A stretch of DNA of 57,841 nucleotides, counting the filler, from Platydemus manokwari (lineage: Eukaryota): the NCBI GenBank assembly GCA_037951405.1. It is 5 parts of 5 records of this genome, joined end to end, with 100 filler letters (N's around TTAATTAATTAA, not from the genome) between each part and the next. Parts side by side here need not be neighbours in the genome. Positions count along the whole stretch, not along the records: positions 46,494 to 57,841 come from JBBMOY010743314.1; 4 more parts are not named here. One strand, 5' to 3'. Below are positions 52,874 to 57,841 of this stretch, piece by piece (the first letter of the stretch is position 1; every line of letters begins with the position of its first letter). A model generated the notes under the pieces. The model was not told the DNA's origin. It saw only the letters and a program-made list of their open reading frames with translations, and did no database searches. Both the position numbers and the translations under genes were made by a program.

Positions 52874-54534
52874 TTCAAAAAAGTAATAGATCAATACACA
52901 TTATATTATCTATTGACTAGTCAATACGAATTTACATCACATATATTTTAAATGCAAATATTTTGTTGTCGTAAATACATAGAATTTATTGAAATTTAAA
53001 AGCAGAGATATCAAAGACAATAAACCTATTAGGGCAAATCCTAAAAATCTCAGATAATGGTTGAGTTTTGCAAAGAATAAAAGTTCATTCGAAAATTGAT
53101 CTGAACCTGACTATTGTCATTATGTTGTGATGATTTTGTTACTTGATACTGTAAAATTCTATTTTAAGATTATAATTTTGGGTACTTTATTTTAGTAGTT
53201 ATCGTAACAACGGATAAACTCTAGTTCGATTTAATGTCTAAAGGTCTAATTACTTTTTAATGTGATTATTATAAAAGTGTTTCATCAACAGTTACGATTT
53301 CTAAAGACAAGATTTTAATTGTTAAGACCAATATCTGAAAAAAATCAGAACAACCAGAATAGTTATAAATAAATTTTTTTGATTGAAACAAAATCAAGAT
53401 GATAAAGCTGTTGAGCTGTCACATGTTTTTTATGATACGATCTTAATAATCCTTGTAAGGAATGTAAGAAATTTATTTCCCATAAAATAATTGACAACTT
53501 CGACTGAAATTGTAATTCAGTGATCTGCAGGATGGTCTCTGCTAAATGCTTTTTGCTGTAAGATAACTTCCCTGAATAGCACTGACATACAAAAAGATGA
53601 TTGTAGCTTGCTAATTGTGATTCTAATCTTAATACTGTGGATTGGTAACTCACCTAACATTATTCTATAATATGATAAAGGGTGAGATTATTATGTATTT
53701 GTTAAAGATTTGGTAAATTCATATAAAGCTTTATAGTTTATAATTTTGGTTCCAAATACCAATGGACAATTTGTAAAAAATCGATAATATAATCTTGATA
53801 TTAAAATAGATCAGAGGGGTTTTAAAATCTTTAACTTATCTGGAATTCAAAAGACAAAAGTTGGTCCGGCTAAATAAACCACAAATAATATAAACATCTA
53901 ATATTCAAAATATAAATACTATGATATTACAAACAATATCAATTGAGACAAAACAATAATATGTATTTGATTAATTTAAACATGAATAAATATAAATATT
54001 AAAAATATTGTTAACGTAAAGTAACCTCAAAAGAACAATAAAAGGCGTGCCACATAGGTGGTCGGAAAAGAATCTCGGTTGAAAATGAAGGTGAGGAACC
54101 AAAAACGAGTTCGTTAAAAGACTACATGACTAGTGATAACCGATATAATTAATTAAAATACCCACAAAAAATTTACTGATTTCATTTGTTTATATACTGT
54201 TTCGATTTATTTCATGTGTGTATTTAATGTGTCATTGCGCTGTTCTTAGTTTAGCATCATGGGTTACTTTTTTAATGTCTCTAAGGTATTTGTTACTATT
54301 TTAGTTAACAGTTATTTATAGCAACTTTTGTTATTGTATTTTTACATATAGCGTTGTTTGAATTTTTTCTAATGTTGCTTAATCAGTTTTTGAATTTTTT
54401 TCGATTTAACAAATTTTAAATATTTTATGCTTCTTTAATTTTATGTTGGTTTTATTCCAAATTTTTTCAGCATTTATTTGTGTGAAAATTTAATACCGGT
54501 TCTTATTATTTTTCATGGATTTATTATTTCAATC

Positions 54535-54537
<3 letters not shown>

Positions 54538-54578
<41 letters not shown>

Positions 54579-54622
54579 GTTATTATTATTATTGTTGTTG
54601 TTGTTATTACTATTATTATTAT
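54538..54622. repeat. (TTA)n/(TTG)n microsatellite
   Basis: Compound trinucleotide run. Confidence 0.95.
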
Positions 54623-55339
54623 TTCGAATGGATCCTCACATATTTTTTGACTGAATAAATTGTAAGTTTAGTTGTGAACATTGAAATAAAGAGCTTATCT
54701 ATTTCAAGAGTTTTCTTTTATACAATTCTGAGTCAGCGAATATCTGTTCTGTTTTTATAATTTTATTCAATGATAGTGTTAATATACTTTGCACATAAAA
54801 TTACTTTATAAATTCATTGAAAATATACAGTTAAATCAACAATAAAATCATTGTTTTTTTTCAGTCTCGACCTACATAGTTGACTTTCACGTCCTAGACC
54901 CGAATCCAAACTTGTAGGTGACATGAGTTGCTTTGTACACGCTATTTCTCGTCAGATTTTTCAAATTTGTTCATCATATTCGCAACCTTTTTAGAAAATT
55001 CTTTCATGACAGTGTCCTTTAACTAGATTGCTATTACGATTGGACCAACTAATCTATAATACATGGAATTGATTTCGCTGCAAATAAAATCTTACTTAAT
55101 GCCAAACTTTAAACATGTCTCTTTCGAAGAATTTTTTCTAATTATTGTTATTGTTATAATCAAAATATTTCAGTGCTTCTCAAACAACTGTTGAAATGAC
55201 AAAAATTAACAATTATGTAAATGAAAAACCAGTTCTTATATTTAGTGCAGTAACATATTTAAAATTATTTAATATTTATTAAAAAATTTTAAAATTTTAT
55301 TGCAGTGTATAATGTATTTTAAAGAATAATGACTTAGAC

Positions 55340-55462
55340 CAGAGGTGGTTAACTTTTGTGTACGTAAGATCGACTTTTCATTTGAACAACATCTCACACA
55401 ATCGACTAAAATTGGCTTCGAGATAGACCAGTCGATCGCGATCGACCGGTTGGCCACCTCTC
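55340..55462 (-). mobile_element. hAT-type MITE, copy 2
   Basis: TIRs CAGAGGTGGTTAAC / GTTGGCCACCTCTC with a perfect 8-bp TSD ACTTAGAC (55332-55339 and 55463-55470). Homologous to 5966-6070. Confidence 0.9.
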
Positions 55463-57841
55463 ACTTAGACGATATTAATTAAATCGATATTGGTCTATAA
55501 AGATATAAAAACATGTATTAAAAAGTTAAACAGTTTTGTATGGTATTTCTATTATACCGGGCACAATATTTTCATAATGACTGTTAAAATTTGATTCGAA
55601 ACATTCCATTAAGTGAAAAACAAGTAAGTCTAAGCATATTTTCTTTTTACCTTTTAACCTTTTACCCACTGTATTGATAACATTTAATCAAAAAACGTAA
55701 AAAATAATACAATGGTTTCATTAATCACTAATTGATTTCTGTAATTACACGATCGGCCTTGTGGAAATTCGAACTACCGACACTGATCTAAGTCGTTAAT
55801 AGGGAAGCAAAATATTAACTAAAAACACTCACTGTTGAAACCATTGAAAAATATAAAGCTCAAGACCAAGAACTGAAACTGGAACAAAAATAATAAGACT
55901 TCATTCATAAATTAAGAATTATCTTATAAATCGCCTTTTCGTATAGTATAAGGTGTTGGATAACTTACTTACTAAATTCATCAATAATTGCTACTAAATT
56001 CTTCTTTTTAACTTTAACATGACCTATTTATGCAGGACTACAACAACTTTGAACTACAAGAAACTTTGAACTCGGGGTTGGAAGAAGTATTTTTGATGTT
56101 TTATAATCCAATTTATCTTTTCGTAAAATATACTTCCCATCAAGACATTCTTTATTTTTCTCGACAACATATATAAGATCAGTACTTTGTATTTGTACTG
56201 AAGGCTATGTATTTCTGGGAATATTTACGAAGTTCAACTTGTTTGTGTGTTTGCTTTATACATATCTCATGCCCGTTGAACAATGTAAAATTAAGTGAAA
56301 ATCAGTATTATCTCTAAATTTCTCTTTAACCTCATTTAGACTTTGGTAATCAACATGAAACAATCAAAAGGAAGCTTATGTGTGGTTGTATATTCAGTAT
56401 ATTTAATATGTTCTTTAAAATATTCTTAATTTTCGCTCCATCGTTCTTTAATTTTGTCTTATTGGATTTAAAAAGTTTCTTTGATTTTAAAATTATATAC
56501 ACAAGTATTATATTAATCGTTCTATTTTAAATTTTCATTTCACACGCATTTTCAACATTATTGATAGATACTGTAATGGAAGAAATGTAATTTAAGGGAA
56601 GAAATGTAATATGAAGTGATTTTTAAATAATTTAAATATATTAATATTTATATGCCTAATTAAGATTGACAGTTAAAGAAGCTCCCTGGAATGTTTAATT
56701 TGTTTGCAATAATAAAAAATTACATATATTGTTTTAATGAATATTCCTAACAAATCCCCAACTTTAAACGAAGTAACTATCACTAACAAACGTAATGCCC
56801 ACTTTTTTTTCATTTTCTGTATTATAAACCTTCTCGACTCTCGGATTCATTTCAATTTTTCCTCTTGTTTCACACGGTAATGACAAAGCTTATGCAATGA
56901 GGTAATTTTTGGTCTTCCATTTCGAGTACCACTTGTTCTACGTAAATAATGTTTGTTTTTTCATATGATAAATTCAATATTCTGACCCATATGTAGTTCC
57001 AAACAAGTACTAATATCTAAAAGCACTTTCATCTTGACCTCAAATGTTCATCTTCCCCTCAAATAACTTTTTACCTCTTTGATTCTGATAATATTTGACA
57101 TCTTTTGCGGGAACAAGAAAGTCTTTCTACCATAGAGACCGTCATCTGTTCTGTCAATATCATATCCATACATGAAACCAATTTTTCCTCAATTATTAAC
57201 CGAAATTTAGATCTCTTCTGAATAGCGTTCCATCATAGTTATTTTAAAGGATCTTTTAATCAGCATCTTCAGAGGATTTTATCCCCAACTATCAATTAAA
57301 CGATTAATCATACATCAGTATCTCGAATACTTCAAAGTGGCTTCATAGGGAATTTCTTCTGTGAAAATGTTCGGACTTTAAAATTCTATTCAATTTGGTG
57401 TACTGTCGGACTCTACATTAATCGAATCAGCGCAGTACTGATTAAAACTTCTTGTTTATAATCAAAATTAATTAATTTAAACAAAGCAACCAAGGTCGCT
57501 CATTAAAAATAATAAATTTGTATTTGACTGCATATTGTTCTATTTTGAAGTCTACAGTTTACCATCAAAATCAAATTAAAATTAATAGGAAGGTGCTTGT
57601 AAAAATTTAATTAAATCATAGATCATATATTAGTATTCGCTAATTTGTGTTAATCATTGACCCTTGTAAATTAAATTCCACCAATATATCGTATTTCCAC
57701 GTATTATATATCGAAATAACCACCTTTATATATAATTTAATTTATCCTCATTTAACAACTTAAGGAAATATTAGGTTGTAAATAAAGTTCGCGGACAAAA
57801 TTGGAAATAAAAATTTGTTGTACATAAATTTATTTAAAACA

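Noticed and set aside
56840-57440. Possible decayed coding or transposase sequence on the minus strand
   Set aside because: Short broken frames with no motif I can assign.

Overview
This is AT-rich eukaryotic (metazoan) genomic DNA. Five contigs are joined by four artificial 100-bp N spacers, each carrying a TTAATTAATTAA six-frame-stop linker. The very low GC, 45-90 bp GT-AG introns, (AAT)n tracts and gene content suggest a planarian or similar invertebrate (inference). Recognisable genes are an intronless SLC9/NHE exchanger head-to-head with SIL1 (4 exons visible, 3' part not found), a partial ODF2/cenexin, a divergent intronless FoxA-class gene, and a six-exon Lhx3/4 LIM-homeobox gene convergent with it. 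Two intronless ORFs (about 801 aa and 289 aa) have no family I can recognise. Intergenic and intronic space holds decayed Tc1/mariner, pogo/Tigger and RLE-type non-LTR elements, hAT and Tc2-like MITEs, and mariner termini. The best leads are the 801-aa repeat/glycine-zipper orphan, a possible viral envelope glycoprotein relic near 26.8-27.2 kb, and the divergent FoxA paralog. I see no evidence of a prokaryote-type system such as CRISPR or an operon.
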